A stretch of 64,000 nucleotides of DNA. Origin: the human T2T-CHM13v2.0 reference genome, Homo sapiens. Location of the stretch: NCBI RefSeq assembly GCF_009914755.1, contig NC_060930.1. One strand, given 5' to 3'. Shown here one piece after another: positions 1 through 14,427 of the stretch; the first letter of the stretch is position 1; every line of letters begins with the position of its first letter. The position numbers were made by a program, and so were the translations under genes. The notes under the pieces were generated by a model. That model did no database searches. It was not told the DNA's origin and was given only the letters and a program-made list of their open reading frames with translations.

Positions 1-225
1 AGAGGACAGGTGTTGTGTGTGTCTGAAGCCTAGGGTATACACCCTGGCAGGGTCGGGGCAGCAGGGTCGGGGCTCCTGCCAGTGTCAGGACAAGAGTGAA
101 AATGAAGGTGGCAGCTCTCAGGGTACAGGGGAGACAAGCCCGTGGTCACCTCCCTCGGCCGGCCAGTGCCGGGATTCTGGCTCATGCCAAGGAGACCCCG
201 ACTGGTCCAAAGGCCTTGTCTATTT

Positions 226-690
226 CTTAGCTGTAAGCCGGTCCTATCTAGGGAGAGCAGTGTTCATCCTAATACAGCAGTCTGCAGGCTTGAGAAGCAC
301 TTGCTTAGCTGAAAGCCGGTCCTATTTAGAGAGAGCAGTGTCTGTCCTAATACAGCAGTCTGCAGGCTGTGAGAAGACTTGCTTAGCTGAAAGCCGGTCC
401 TATTTAGAGAGAGCAGCGTCTGTCCTAATACAGCACTCTGCAGGCTGTGAGAAGACTTGCTTAACTGAAAGCTGGTCCTATTTAGGGAGAGCAGCGTCTA
501 TCCTAATACAGCACTCTGCAGGCTGTGAGAAGACTTGCTTAGCTGAAAGCTGGTCCTATTTAGGGAGAGCAGTGTCTGTCCTAATACAGCACTCTGCAGG
601 CTGTGAGAAGACTTGCTTAGCTGAAAGCTGGTCCTATTTAGGGAGAGCAGCGTCTATCCTAATACAGTGCTCTGCAGGATGTAAGAAGCA
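226..690. repeat. Minisatellite, 78-bp unit, about 6 copies
   Basis: cttagctgaaagc(c/t)ggtcctatttag...gagaagacttg recurs at 226, 304, 382, 460, 538 and 616. This explains the 26-aa periodicity in ORF 17..1018. Confidence 0.95.
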
Positions 691-1051
691 CGTTCTGTTC
701 TTCGCTAGGACTCACCCCAGGAGGCCGAGTGGCTGGTTGGCTTCTCACAGGCCTGGAGCCCCTAAGAACACAGGACCGCTGCTGCCCTGGGGCCGAGAGA
801 CATATGCCCTCGGTCCTCTGGCAGGACACCCTCCCTGCCACGGCCAGTCTTGCAGTCTAAGGAGTGCAGAGGAGTCTCAGGTGGCTGGAGCCCACAGGGT
901 GGATGGATGCAGTTCTGTCAGCACGAAGGGGAAAGGGCCTGGCCTGGAGTTCACCTCCCCTGCCCTCGGAGGGGCACCTGGGGACAGTTTCTCAGCCCTC
1001 CCAAGCCCACCTGTGTGACATGGCAGGGAAGCCCAGAGGCACTTCCTCACC

Positions 1052-1952
1052 CTGGAATCTGGGGAGTGGGGTGAGCTCTGCTGGAATCTGGCAGAGTGGG
1101 GTGAGCTCTGCTGGAATCTGGGGGAATGGGGTGACCACTGCTGGAATGTGGGGGAGTGAGGTGACTGACCCCTGCTGGGATGTGGGGGAGTGGGGTGACC
1201 GCTGCTGTAATCTGGGGAGTAGGGTGACCGCTGCTGGAATCTGGGGTGTGGGGTGACCCCTGCTGGAATCTGGGGGAGTGGGGTGACCCCTGCTGGAATC
1301 TGGGGAGTGGGGTGACCGCTGCTGGAATCTGGGGGAGCGGGGTGGCCCCTGCTGGAATCTGGGGCAGTGGGGTGACCCCTGCTGGAATGTGGGGGAGTGG
1401 GGTGACCCCTGCTGGAATGTGGGGGAGTGGGGTGACCGCTGCTGGAATGTGGGGAGTGGGGTGACCCCTGCTGGAATGTGGGGAGTGGGGTGACCCCTGC
1501 TGGCATGTAGGGGAGTGGGGTGACCGCTGCTGGAATGTGGGGGAGTGGGGTGACCGCTGCTGGAATGTGGGGGAGTGCGGTGACCGCTGCTGGAATGTGG
1601 GGGAGTGGGGTGACCGCTGCTGGAATGTGGGGGAGTGGGGTGACCGCTGCTGGAATGTGGGGGAGTGGGGTGACCCCTGCTGGAATCTGGGGAGCAGAGT
1701 GACCCCCTGCTGGAATCTGGGGGAGTGGGGTGACCGCTGCTGGAATGTGGGGGAGTGGGGTGACCGCTGCTGGAATATGGTGGAGTGGGGTGACCGCTGC
1801 TGGAATGTGAGGGGGAGTGGGGTGACCGCTACTGGAATGTGGGGGAGTGGGGTGACCCCTGCTGGAATCTGGGGAGCAGAGCGACCCCTGCTGGAATCTG
1901 GGGGAGTGGGGTGACCCCTGCTGGAATCTGGGGGAGTGGGGTGACCCCTGCA
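1052..1952. repeat. G-rich minisatellite, 29-31-bp unit, about 30 copies
   Basis: Consensus ctggaat(g/c)tgggggagtggggtgacc(g/c)ctg repeated in tandem. Confidence 0.96.
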
Positions 1953-2974
1953 GAAGCAGGTGTTTTGGTGCAGATAAAAAGGCCCTTTAGAGGAGAGGGC
2001 TGCTGACCACATCCCCGGAGTCCTCAGCAGCAGAGATGAGCCCCAGGGTCAGGTTTTCTGTTGTCCCATCCCAGGTGGTTCAGGGACGCCGGCAGTCAAC
2101 TCAGGAAAACCACCAGGGGACTGAGTCGCTTCCTCCCTTCGCTTTGGGCAGTGCTCAGTAACTGTGGCTCGTGCTCCCTGACACTGACGGGACCTGGACG
2201 GCCACATGAAATGCCCGCATGTCCCCTCTCAGTCTTCATGCTGACTGAAGCATGAGATTGCAAAAAATGTAGATGGCTTCTCTATTTCCTCCCCTGATTT
2301 TATATATTCTTAGATCAAAAAACTTAAATTTTATTTATAAACATGAAAATCACTGTGTGTAGAAAACCATCTCTTGTCTAGCCAGAGAGGCACCTGTTTG
2401 AGCTGCCACTGACAGAGAATCCCCACGGGGCTGGCCGGCTTTCTTGAACTCCGACTCCAAGGGCATCTCCATGCCAGCGCCCAGACAGGCAGCTCCGTCC
2501 CACTGCACCATTTCACACACCACCCTTTTCCACCCTTCTCACCACCCCTTGGTCCGTTCATAAGTGGGAAGGGTCCTGAGATCAAATCGTGGATCTGATG
2601 CCAACCAGAGCCCACAAGCCTCACAGGCCACACTGTGCATGGTGTCTGGGTCCCAGGACAGCGGGCTCAGGCCTTCCACACCGGCTCTAGCAGGCTGCTG
2701 CCTGAGAGAGTCCTGCCAGATGGGCAAGCCCAGTGGGGACAGAACGCTCCTAACAGGTGGGGCTTGCAGGGGGGCACTTCCAGCATCTGGAGCAGCTTGG
2801 CATCCCTGTGGTGGTGGATGGGCTGTGTGCTGCTCTCTGCCAGCCTGTGCGTGGTCTCCTGGCCCTCCCGGTCCACTCTCCCTTCTTTTCTGGCCCATGC
2901 CTACTCACCCCTTTACTCTTCCTCAGAGAGGCCTTTCTGCTCAAAGTCAGCTCTCCTGAGGACTAAAAAAGCAG

Positions 2975-3155
2975 GCCCTGGATCCTGGCTCTGCCGCTTC
3001 CTAAGTGGCCCTGGGCCAGTTACTTACCCCTCTGGTCTCACTTTCCTTGTCTGTATAACGGGCATGATGGCAGTCCCACCTCGCAGGGCTGGCATCTACA
3101 TTAAATGACTTCAAGTCTGTGAAGGACATAGCAGGGATTGGCACACAGTAAGAGC
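2975..3155 (+). mobile_element. MIR SINE remnant
   Basis: tcctggctctgccgcttcct...ctgggccagttacttacccctctg..tctcactttccttgtctgtataacggg resembles the MIR core. Confidence 0.7.
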
Positions 3156-6100
3156 TATATAGACATCAGCTGTGTACACGGTTGCAATAGACATTGCTTG
3201 AGTAAATTCTGTTTAATGCCCGCCTCCCCAAATTGGACTAAAGTGTGTAGTGCTGCGTCCCTGCCGTCGTTTCCTGTGGACACGTGACAGGTGTGTATGA
3301 GGGGGTGAGCCCAGGAATGAATGAATGCACATAAGGTGATGGCGGCGAGGGCCTGAGGGCTGCAGGCCATTTGGTGCCCTCCTAGAGGCTGCTCTGTTTT
3401 GGATGGCTTGGTCTGAGTGGGGAGCATTGCTCTTCCGGAGGGGACCTCTCCCCAGCTGCGTGTCCAGCAGAGCACGTGGAGAGGCAGCTTCCGATGGCGC
3501 ACACAGCACATCTTTGGTGAACATCCATTGTGCACTCCTATGTGTGGGTTGCTCTGCTAGGTCCATTCAGCTGTACTTGGTGGGCTTTCACCACACTGCC
3601 CACTCCAGAGATGAAGAAACAGAGGTTTCGAGTGGTGAAGGTGCCTGGCCAGGGGCACGGAGCTAGGAGGGAGGGACGTTTGTTCTGCTGCCCATGCCCT
3701 GTCTTCTCCCTGCAGCGCCACATCCTCAGAAATTGGCACCCTCTTTCCTGTCACCCTCATGTTGTCCTGATGAGAGGATGGGAGGGCAGGAACCTTGAGA
3801 AAAGCCCAATAGCACAGAGACGCCGTCTAGACCAGAGAACGCAGCCCTTGCTGTTCCCTTTTCTTTTTCTCTCGCCTCCCTCATCTGATGCTGTAAACCT
3901 GCCCCCAGGATGTGAAGTTCTCGGAAGGGGTGAGCCGCAGGCTTGTTTAGCTGCTCTGAAGGAGGACTCCCTGCAGGGAGCTGCCCCTCACCCCTCTCAC
4001 GTCTGTGCCGCAGACCTCCCTCCCCTCACTCACCTGGGAAGGGCGTCTGGAAGGAGCTTATGCAAACCACTGCCTCCATCAGCATAACACCGTTCCCTCC
4101 ACTGGGCTGTTCTGGTAACACGTTGTTAAGGCTGAGAGCGGCTGGATTTGAACCAAGTGCTCAGAGCTACAAGACTTAACAGCTATTATTCCTCCCTTAA
4201 ACCGGAGACGTTTCCTCACATTGTACTTTGTGGCTTCTTCCACCAGAAATTCGTATCCCCATTATGACAAAACCCACCCCTTTAGAATAGCATTTAGATG
4301 GAATGGGATCTCACAAATGGGAGCAATTCAGATGTGTCCTTTGGAATCCAAGGCTGAGGGGGATCACTTAGCAACCTCTTTGTGTCTGTGAACAGCAAGC
4401 AGATCCTTAAGGTCCAGCCTCCAGCCCGGGGTTCACAAAGGTGTTCACTGTCTGCAGACACTGTGCGTATCAGTCAACCCTTCTTTCTCGGCCCCTTTTC
4501 TGCAAGTACAGCCGGCAATCTTGCTTGTTATAAACACTTGGAAGTTCAGCAAATCCTTATCTCCAGAAAAATGCAATGACAGCATCAGAGTTGCTTTCTT
4601 GGGTCTGGATTTGTGTGCTTGCATGGCTCTGCTGGCCTGTGGAAATATGTGGAGCTATTTTCCCATCCTGGAGGCCAGGATCTTACAGGAAGGCAGGGGC
4701 AGGAAGGTTGGGCATCATCTTTTCATCCCAAGGTGGTTAAAAGGTGAAGTCAATGCACTATCAGGATCTCCTCCAATTTCTGTCTTGTAAAATATTTGAG
4801 TCATGAATCACGGAGCAGGTTATCAAGGGACGCTGGGTTCTGTCTTGAAATCATCTCTTACATATGAAGAACAAGATCAGATTAACTTTGTGTGGACTTA
4901 TTTAAGGAAACACTGATTCAATGCAAGGGCCCGAAGAGAAAGCCACAGTGCTGGTCGGCTCAGAGACAGAGGCTGCCTGAGTGTAGAGAATGTTTAAATG
5001 TTGGATTCTGACCTCAGGCGAAATTTTGAATTTGCAGTCTGTACTGTTCTGTCTGTACAGTGCAAAATATTTTCTTATTTCAATTGAGAAACTCTCTCAT
5101 GAAAGATATTCTAATTATTAGCATATTTACATTTTCCTTACGATATTAAAACCTGCACAGAAATATTCAGAACTATTATCAAAATATGATCATTTCCCGT
5201 CAAAAGTAGAAAATACTTTTTGCCTCTTTCGGGAACACATGATAAAAATAAACTGATGACTGAGAAGCTTAAGCTCTTTAAGAAATGTGGATTTGTAAAG
5301 AGATGATCCAAAAGGGAGAAACAAGCAAAGGAGGATTTTGAGAGCTTCAGGAGGTGGCCACACAGTGAGGTTAGCTTTGTATCCTAGGGGATTCTTACCA
5401 AGAAAAACCTTGTATTGCAAGGCCTGGAAACAATGTAATATGTAACCAAATGGTAACAGTAACAGCTGGGAAAGAGAGAAAGGCTGGCTTTGGCAGATGA
5501 ACCAGGAGAATTGTGTTCCTTTTTATCCCCTGGGGACACTAAATTCCCAAACGCATATTATTTAGTTATTTTTAGATATGCAGCCTGCAGGGAAACCGCT
5601 GAGAACATTCCCGTGTAAATCCTCATTCAGCTTTCTGAAGTCAGCATTGTCTGATGAGTACCTGTTACAGAGGAGGGTTTGGGGTGGCTGCGCTGTGTTC
5701 CTTCATAGGAACCGTTGACATGTGTTTAGGGGTGTCTGGGCACTGTGACCTCGAGGCAGTGTCCGCTGAGAGTGCCAGAGGATGGATGGCGCCTTGAAGT
5801 TACTCCGTTTTCTCTGCCATCCAATGAATTGCTTGTAAATTTCCTGCCACATTACTATTGCATTTCCCAAAAATAAGATAAACATCCTCAAAATGTCATA
5901 AGCTATATTTTTAATTTGAATGTTGGTCTGTATTTCTGTCATATGCAAAATTGAAAAAAAAAGAAAACAAAAACAAATAATTTCAAGTTCTAAGATGTTT
6001 CCCCTGAGGAGTTTTACTGGGCATGTGTATGGCTATGGGAATTCCACGTTAATTCTAAACAGAATATTCAACTGCCAGTAAACTCTGAGACGAACTATTT

Positions 6101-6725
6101 TTATTTCTCGAGTTGGTATTCTAATGAAGAGGGGGAAGTGGATCCATATAGTGGCTTCAGTCTGTTGGAAGAGAAAGAACTACACTTTCTATTTGTAATA
6201 TGCATCTTTCAGCATCATATAAACATTTAAACTTGGTCACACATTAGTTAGTAGATTTTCAATACTCTACCAAAAGGTAGTTCCTCGCCATTCTCCTCTA
6301 TAAATCAGAATCAAGCTGAAATCAGGGTTTTTAGTTATCTTTGGTTGTGTAATGTCTTAAGATTTTAAAAACGTTTCCTTTTTTACCTAATTCACTTCAG
6401 TACCCCAACATGGGTATGTATGTTATGGCTATGATGACATTTTTGAGGTGAAGAGACTAATATATTGGGTTTTAAGGTCTTATATACATGTGCAACCCCT
6501 TAGCGCCAGAAGCAGAAACTAATCTTTTGTTTCTGAGTCCAGGGTCTGAGTGTTTAGGTGACAGTGTCCCCTCAGGGTACTAGACAGCTTACAGAATTTA
6601 AGTAGAACATGCCGAAGCACGGCAAATTAGTCAAAATGGAGCAAAAATATGTGCATAACTTAATTTGTGATGGCCATTTAAGAGTCCAAAATAATTTCAT
6701 TTCACTCCTTATTTTCCTCTTTTAG

Positions 6726-6773
6726 GTTCCGTAAATGAAAAGTTACCCCAACGCGAAGGCACAGGAAAAACAG
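6726..6773 (+). CDS. SMOC2: SMOC2 internal coding exon (probably exon 5), 48 nt, phase 1-1
   Basis: Preceded by the polypyrimidine tract ttattttcctcttttAG and followed by G|GTAACT. Translates (G)SVNEKLPQREGTGKT, matching the recalled human SMOC2 sequence after the first thyroglobulin domain. Splices in frame to the next exon. Confidence 0.96.
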
Positions 6774-7530
6774 GTAACTATCTTAGAATAAATGTCTATG
6801 ACGATATGTAACATCTAACTTATCCCGTGAAATAACTTCTCAAGTTAAAGTTGAAACATCCACTAGTGATGATGATGAGAGCCGAACCAGTTTGTTACTT
6901 CTGCATTCATTCAGCAATGCCATTCACTCACGATCACCAGCTCTGTTGGGCCTGTGCTCCGCTGGGGTCGCTGGTGTTGGACCTGTGCTCCGAGGCTTGT
7001 TTCGGGACCAACGGCAGATGCTGTTAGGACCCCCTGGAACCTCCCAGTCTGTGACTGTGGAGAGGGCTGAGGCTCAGTATTTTGGCTCCCTGTGGGATTC
7101 TAAACCATTGCAGTTATTGAGGACCCTGATAAAGATGCCTCAACTCCTCCCTACAAGGAGGAAGAGGAACAGTTTTTCTACCTACAGCAATCCCTGCCTC
7201 TGAGACTGGTACAAACAAGAGCTGAACAGAACCCTTAACCTTAAACATCATGTCGCAGCCTGCAGGTCCTGTTTCGGGGTCTGCGGGGTCTGTCACATGC
7301 CCACCATGACCCCCCTGGGAAAGTCTCCATCCTCTTCTCTGCCCTTGCCTCGGCCAACACCCTTCAGTACCAGGACACATTTCTGCTTTTCTCTTACATC
7401 AGCCTTTAAAGTCAGACGTTGTTTTCAAGATGAGAAGAAATACTTTAGTACCAAAATTTTAGGTACTTTTCTTTTCTAGTGTAGGTTACAGTGTAATGAA
7501 CCAGTAACAAACAAAAATAATATAAACACA

Positions 7531-7949
<419 letters not shown>

Positions 7950-10184
7950 TCAGGCTTTCTGTCCAGAGGGTGCCTACCAAGGATGAGGCAGGACTGGCTT
8001 CCTGGAAGGGGAAATATGTAACAGGTGTGAGCTGGAACAGAAGAAGCCTCACAGTCAAGGAAGATAGCTCATTTTCCAGCCGAAAAATGATGACAGGCAT
8101 AATGGGGACACTGGGTTGGGGGAGGGTTTATGTTTGGAAAGGAAGGGGTAAAGTTGCATAGAGCAATAGTGTGAGCTGCGTGAACTGAGTCGAGAAGATA
8201 ATGGTGTGGGTATGTCGACATTTGTAGAGAAAGGAAGGGACAATCTCATGATTAGGAAAATTAATCAAATGTGGAAAGGGAGGAGGAGATGGAAGGATCA
8301 TCGTCTTTCAGAGGGCATTTCTTAATCCTGTTTATTATGATATTTATTGTACCCACTGTAAAAAAAAAAAATCTAGAGGAATTAGTACATGGGCATGAAA
8401 GTGAGTTAAGGAAAGAACACACCCCCCACTTTAGGCCGGAATACGCAGAGGGGATACCTGGATTAAGCAACAGAGCTGGTTTCCAGACACAAATAAGACA
8501 CTTCACACACTCTGATAGAGGGAAAGTAAAAAATGCACAGCTCTTCGAGATTTTTGTTTTATTTCCTTAAGGCTGACTTCAGCAGCCACCAATGGCCTTG
8601 TTTGTTGGGACAGAGCCACCCCGTCTGTGAGGGACGGGGGCATGGAGTAGGGCCTATGATGACCGTGCTGAGGAGGGAAGCATGGACAGGGCAGGAAGGA
8701 GAGCGGCCTCTGGTGCCCAGAATCAGGGCTGGGAGGAGGAACGGCCAGTGGGCCCATTACTCACCCTGTCCTCAGGCCACACCTGCCCTCCCTGCCTGCC
8801 ATTCAGGCTGAGCTTTCAGACTGGTCTGGCCCCAGTGACTGGGGAATGGGCTGGTGGTCCCAGAGTGGTGACTTGGTGAGGCCTCAGCAAAAACACACAA
8901 CAGTAATAATGTATTTGATTGTCCTCATTCCAAAAAATTTCAAATATGTTCTTTTAAGACTTTTTGTATGTTCTTGTGTTTAAAATATGTTTCCCATTTT
9001 GTTTTATTTTCTTGGAAGAAGATTGTAAAATATTCAACCACAGAATATTCCTAGTTTATTGTTATTATCAGTGTTAGACTTGGATATTTCAAATAACTGA
9101 TGTTACATTTTTGTCAGTATTTTGATAGCTAGCAAACTGTTTTTGAGAGATTGCTCAATGTTAAATTTTTTTGAAAATCTGTTTTGATTTTCCCCCTAAA
9201 AAGTCTTATAAGAAACTTTATTCTTTAGACCACTGGGAAGTTCATGACTTAGTTATCTACGTAAGCCTTGTATCTGGCCCTCATCTTTGCCACTTTTTCC
9301 TATATTTCAATCCAAAAGTTATTTAACAAAATGATATAAGCAAGCTTCAGTGAAAAAAAAAAAAAAAAAAAAAAAAGGATGATCCTGAGAGCACCACAGT
9401 GCCTTGTGATTGCCTCCTGGGTGGGGCCCTGAGTGTCTGGAGAAGGACTCCTGACTCACAGGCTCCACCATCCTGCCAGGTCTCTGAGCCATTTAAAACC
9501 TCTTTCTTTACCAGGGGGCCCAATGTGTGTGTGTCAATTAATTAAATACAGATTCTTCACTTGGAAAATGCGAGTCTATGGGTGGTGTAGGGGCCTGTGA
9601 CACCCCAGTCCGCCCTTTCCTCCATTCTCCGATCACTTTCGCCCTGTCCCCTCCACCCCGTGCCCCACTCACATCCTTACTTAGATTATGCCATGGCAGC
9701 AGTGGAGAGAGGGAGGGCCAGAGGTGTAGAAAGGGGTCCAGGATTCTCCAACCCTTGCCTTTCTCTTGGGGAAAACAGAGGATGTGTTAAGGGCACAGGG
9801 CTCTGCTCAACCCCACCCCAGTCCCTGCCAAGCCCTCTTTTGTAACCTCCAGTGGCCTGAATTTATGACTTCTCTTTCCCAGGGCTAGACTTTCTTTACT
9901 CTAATTATTTTGATTCCTTCCTCATCTGCCCTATGGCCTGTGATTGGCTCTGATAGTTTAGAACTGATCGGATATTTTCCACGTGAAGTTAGGTCAGTGT
10001 CTAGCCTCGAGCATTTTAAGTAGCGGCTCACTCAAGACTGGTATAGTCATTCCAGCCGCAGCTGCAGGCAGCATCGCGTTGGGTCTGTGTGGGGTTGCTG
10101 TTGTGGTTGATCTGTGGGGACTGAGTGCAAGTCCTCAGCATCCACCCGTATGCACACTTACTTAACTTACTCTCATAATTGTAG

Positions 10185-10268
10185 TCTCCTTGCAAATCTT
10201 TTCCGTTCTGAATTCAGATGATGCCGCAGCTCCAGCGTTGGAGACTCAGCCTCAAGGAGATGAAGAAG
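10185..10268 (+). CDS. SMOC2: SMOC2 same exon, long form using an upstream acceptor (+33 nt, adds VSLQIFSVLNS)
   Basis: The AG at 10183-10184 lies exactly 33 nt upstream of the AG at 10216-10217 and the frame stays open. Consistent with the recalled SMOC2 isoform that is 11 aa longer. Confidence 0.8.
10218..10268 (+). CDS. SMOC2: SMOC2 coding exon (probably exon 6), short form, 51 nt, phase 1-1
   Basis: ttttccgttctgaattcAG acceptor and G|GTGAGC donor. Translates (D)DAAAPALETQPQGDEE, visible in ORF 10190..10414. Confidence 0.96.
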
Positions 10269-10379
10269 GTGAGCCGGGGTGGGGATTGCACAGTCTGGGT
10301 TGGGGAGGAGTGCGAGGGACGGTATGGAGCTGGGAAGTGGAGCGAGTCATCTTGTTAGAGCTCCGTTCAGTATGCAGTG

Positions 10380-10825
10380 TAACATGCCAGACACAGACAG
10401 AAAAGACCACGTGATCTTACTTATATGTGGAATCTCTTTAAAAAAACAAACAAACAAAACTCCAATAGTGAGAAGAGGAAAACAGCAAGCCGAAAGGTGG
10501 TCAGCAAGGGTAGGGTAGGATGGAGGAAACAGAGGGATGAGGCCAGAGGCTGCGAAGCTGCAGTTATGTGGGATGGACAAGTCCACACATCCGGCGTACA
10601 GCACGAGGAATCTAGTTAGTGATGAAATGACAATGGATGGCATACCACACATCCAGCACATAGCATGAGGAATATACTTAATGATGAAACGGCAACGGAT
10701 GGCATAGTAAACATTTCCTAGCCACACGCCCGTGAAGTAACTGTGAGATGCTGGGGATGTGAATTGCTTGGCTGTAGAAATAATTTCACTCGGTAAATGT
10801 GTATCTAAACATCATGATGTTAGAC
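10380..10825 (+). mobile_element. Old L1M 3' UTR fragment
   Basis: ccagacacag..aaagaccacgtgatcttacttatatgtggaatct and the terminal taatttcact..taaatgtgtatctaaacatcatg resemble L1M 3' ends. Confidence 0.65.
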
Positions 10826-11448
10826 AGGGATAAAAGAGCAAACTCAAGCAGAAACGGATTGTGTGTGGCCGTGTCCAGCCTTATGAGGGCACCCACTGTT
10901 TTTCCCGATGTCTTTGGAGCGAGGGATTTTCAGATATTGCCATGGTGCATTCTCATGAGGGTTTCGTTAAATACACATTTCTAAGTTGAAATTTTACAGC
11001 TTGGATAATATAAAATGTATGGCCATTTTCCCTGTTTACATTTCACGTCTTTACAAGTGGTCATAACAAGGAGAGATTTCCTGTTTTTACCTTTAATACA
11101 TTGTCTTAGGTATTTACCAGTGTATAAAAATTATCAGGTCAAAGGGAACCGGGGTTTAAGGGCAAAGTGTAAGGAGTACACAGTATAAATTAACAAAACC
11201 TTAAAATGTAGAACTGCATTATGCTTTGCAAATAATAATAATGACTGATGCTGCGTGGTCCTAAGCGCTACACAATGTGTGATCTGCTGCCATGAGTCCC
11301 TGGACCTTCTGAATGCCCTTCCGCAGATGAGAGCCCTGTGGCAATTGACCCAAGTCCATCTGGGTGTAAATGGCAACTGGCATTCAAACCCAGATGTCTT
11401 CTTCAGGGTCTGTGCTCTCAAGCACTAACGGTGACCTGCACTACATTC

Positions 11449-11876
<428 letters not shown>

Positions 11877-12227
11877 TGAAAACGTTGTATGTTATGTGAA
11901 TAGCCATTTTAACTACACAAGAATATATTTTTGTACACTGGGTATTTTTCTAAAATCTGATTCTTTCAAAGTGAATTCTGTCTAGACCCAAAGAGCTTTT
12001 AACTATACTTTTGGATAGAGAGAAGAATGCCAAAAATATTTTAAATGTATATTATGATTTCCTTTCGTCTGAGGCATATAATCAGTGTAACTATTTCTTT
12101 ACAAATGTACAATGTGTGTTATGTTGATTTATTTTGGCTGTTGGACTACTTGCTGCACTGCGTAACTAAGGAACATTGTGCTTTCGTGATGAATTAAAGA
12201 TGCTTGTCATTTCATTTTGGTTCATAG

Positions 12228-12302
12228 ATATTGCATCACGTTACCCTACCCTTTGGACTGAACAGGTTAAAAGTCGGCAGAACAAAACCAATAAGAATTC
12301 AG
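12228..12302 (+). CDS. SMOC2: SMOC2 coding exon (probably exon 7), 75 nt, phase 1-1
   Basis: ttcattttggttcatAG acceptor and CAG|GTAAGA donor. Translates (D)IASRYPTLWTEQVKSRQNKTNKNS. Confidence 0.96.
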
Positions 12303-12391
12303 GTAAGATGCTGCCTGATGTCACTTTGTAAGGAGTGATTTAATAGATCTAGAAAATGATGGGGTTTTTTTTTGGAGTTAAGTGTATTGTA

Positions 12392-12801
12392 CAGTTGACC
12401 CTTGAACAACATGGGGGTGAGGGGTGCAGACCTGGCACAAACATCTGAGGATAACTTTCAACTCCCCCCAAAATAATAACCTCTTGTAGACTGGCAGCCT
12501 TACCCATAATACAGTTAGTTAACACATAGTTTGTATGTTATATGTATTATATACTGTATTCTTACAAAAATAGAGAAAAGAAAATTTATTAAAAATCATA
12601 AGGAATAGAAAATATATTTATTATTGATTACATGGAAGTGGATCATCATAAAGGTCTTCGTTCTCCTCATCGTCTTCACGTTGAGTGGGCTGAGGAGGAG
12701 GAAGAGGAGGAGGGGCTGGCCTTGCTGTGACAGAGGCAAAGGATAAATCCTTGTAACAGTGGACCCATGACATCAAAACTCTGTTGTTCAGGGGTCAGCT
12801 G
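12392..12801. mobile_element. Tigger2a/MER28-type non-autonomous Tc1-mariner DNA transposon
   Basis: Terminal inverted repeats CAGTTGACCCTTGAACAACA / TGTTGTTCAGGGGTCAGCTG, flanked by TA on both sides (12390-91 and 12802-03). Confidence 0.9.
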
Positions 12802-14049
12802 TAAATATTCTCACTTGGTTACTCAGTCATGAAAATAATTCTTATTATTTGATCACCGGCATATATTTTTAAATTCGGCATTTTAAAATTAAATTTTCTA
12901 AATTCTTTAACAGATTTCTCTGTGGATGTCAAACTATAGCTTTAGTTAATAAGTAAATAATTATAAATTTGCTTTTGACCTAATTTCAGAGATGTTAAAA
13001 CACTTTGCTAATTTAGTTTAAAATCCTCCAAATTGTGTGCATTTTGTTTGCTATAAAGCAGTGTTTGAGAGAACTTTCACCTTTTAAAGCTGACTATTTT
13101 GACATTTTGAAGACCAGTAATGGGTTGCTTCATCTTTGGTTAATGATTTTGACTGTTTTCATGGAAGCGGGTTTGTTCTGTAATTTTCATTTAGGCTCTC
13201 AGTTGATTGCTTGTGTGTTTCTCATTGCCTTTTCAAATAAGAATTTCACAGATTCTTACTGAAGGGAAGTAGCTCTGTAGGTTTAAAGTAGTTCAGCTGC
13301 TGAGGAAATACGGAGTTAGTAACAGCTTGAATTTTCTGCGATCAGCTTTGGGTGAAAAAATTGCAAACATTCACAGAGGCTGCTTATGCATTAAAACTTT
13401 ATCTGTGGTTATGCATCCATATATTCTTCTGCTTACAAAAAAAATCAAAAGGTATATTAAAGTTCAGGAGACTAAGAGTGGTTCGATTCCCCCTTCACCC
13501 AGCTCTTACACACCCAACCTGAAAAGGACCCTTGAGGGAAGTGCCTGAGTCCCCTTAAGCCAGCAGCCACCTCAGAACCCCATGGCGAGTCTATGGTAGG
13601 CCCGTCCACTGATTTCCACCTGCAAAGCTAGCGCGGTGCAATGCCAGATGAGCTGGCACAGGTCCAATGTGTGATCTCTGCCCCATGATGCTCTGAAATC
13701 ACTGCCTCCAGCCCCGGAGTCTTAGCTGTGTGGCATCTTCTTGTTACTTTACCCTTCTGGGCGGAGATGAGGAAGGGCAAACCCCAAGGGCCCCCCACCG
13801 TCTACAGGCACACATGGCAGAAACATTTAATACCTATTTATAACATTTTTCTCAGAAATGCTTGTTATAGATGAGTTTTTCCTATTATATGGAGATATTA
13901 ATCTCTTTACATGTCTCATGAACTTTTGACACTGGGTTTTGTTCAATTTTGTCACCCCATTTAAAAAAGTTATTTTGATTTATTTCTGTTTCATACAAAT
14001 TTGTATATGAGAGATTAATTAAAACACTGTATGTTTCAGGTTTACTGGT

Positions 14050-14427
14050 TGATATGGTTGGGCGTTGTGTCCCCACCCAAATCTTATTTAGAATTGTAAT
14101 CCCCATAATCTGCACATGTCAATGGAGAGACCAGGTGGAGATAATTGAATCATGAGGGCGGTTCCCCCCATGCTGTTCTCATGATACTGAGTGAGTTCTC
14201 ACGAGATCTGGTGGTTTTATACTGGGCTCTAACCCCTTCGCTGGGCACTTCTCCTTCCTGCTGGCTTGTGATGAAGGTGCCTTGCTTCCCTTCACCTTCT
14301 GCCATGATGGTAAGTTTCCTGAGGCCTCCCCAGCAATGCTGAACCGTGAGTCCATTAAACCTCTTTCGTTTATAAATTGCCCAGTCTTGGGGAGTTCTTT
14401 ATAGCAGGATGAAAATGGACTAATACA
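14050..14427 (+). mobile_element. Solo MaLR LTR (THE1-type, probably THE1D)
   Basis: Starts TGATATGGTT..tgtccccacccaaatct and ends ggactaataCA. 5-bp target site duplication (TSD) ctggt/ttggt. Confidence 0.9.

Noticed and set aside
17-2012. Long ORFs 17..1018, 877..1506 and 1047..2012 as genes
   Set aside because: They are open only because of the 78-bp and 30-bp tandem repeats. There is no recognisable domain or splice support.
4128-4175. tRNA-like ggatttgaacc motif (also near 15829 and 18728)
   Set aside because: No cloverleaf or matching A-box could be built. A SINE-derived or chance B-box-like sequence is more likely.
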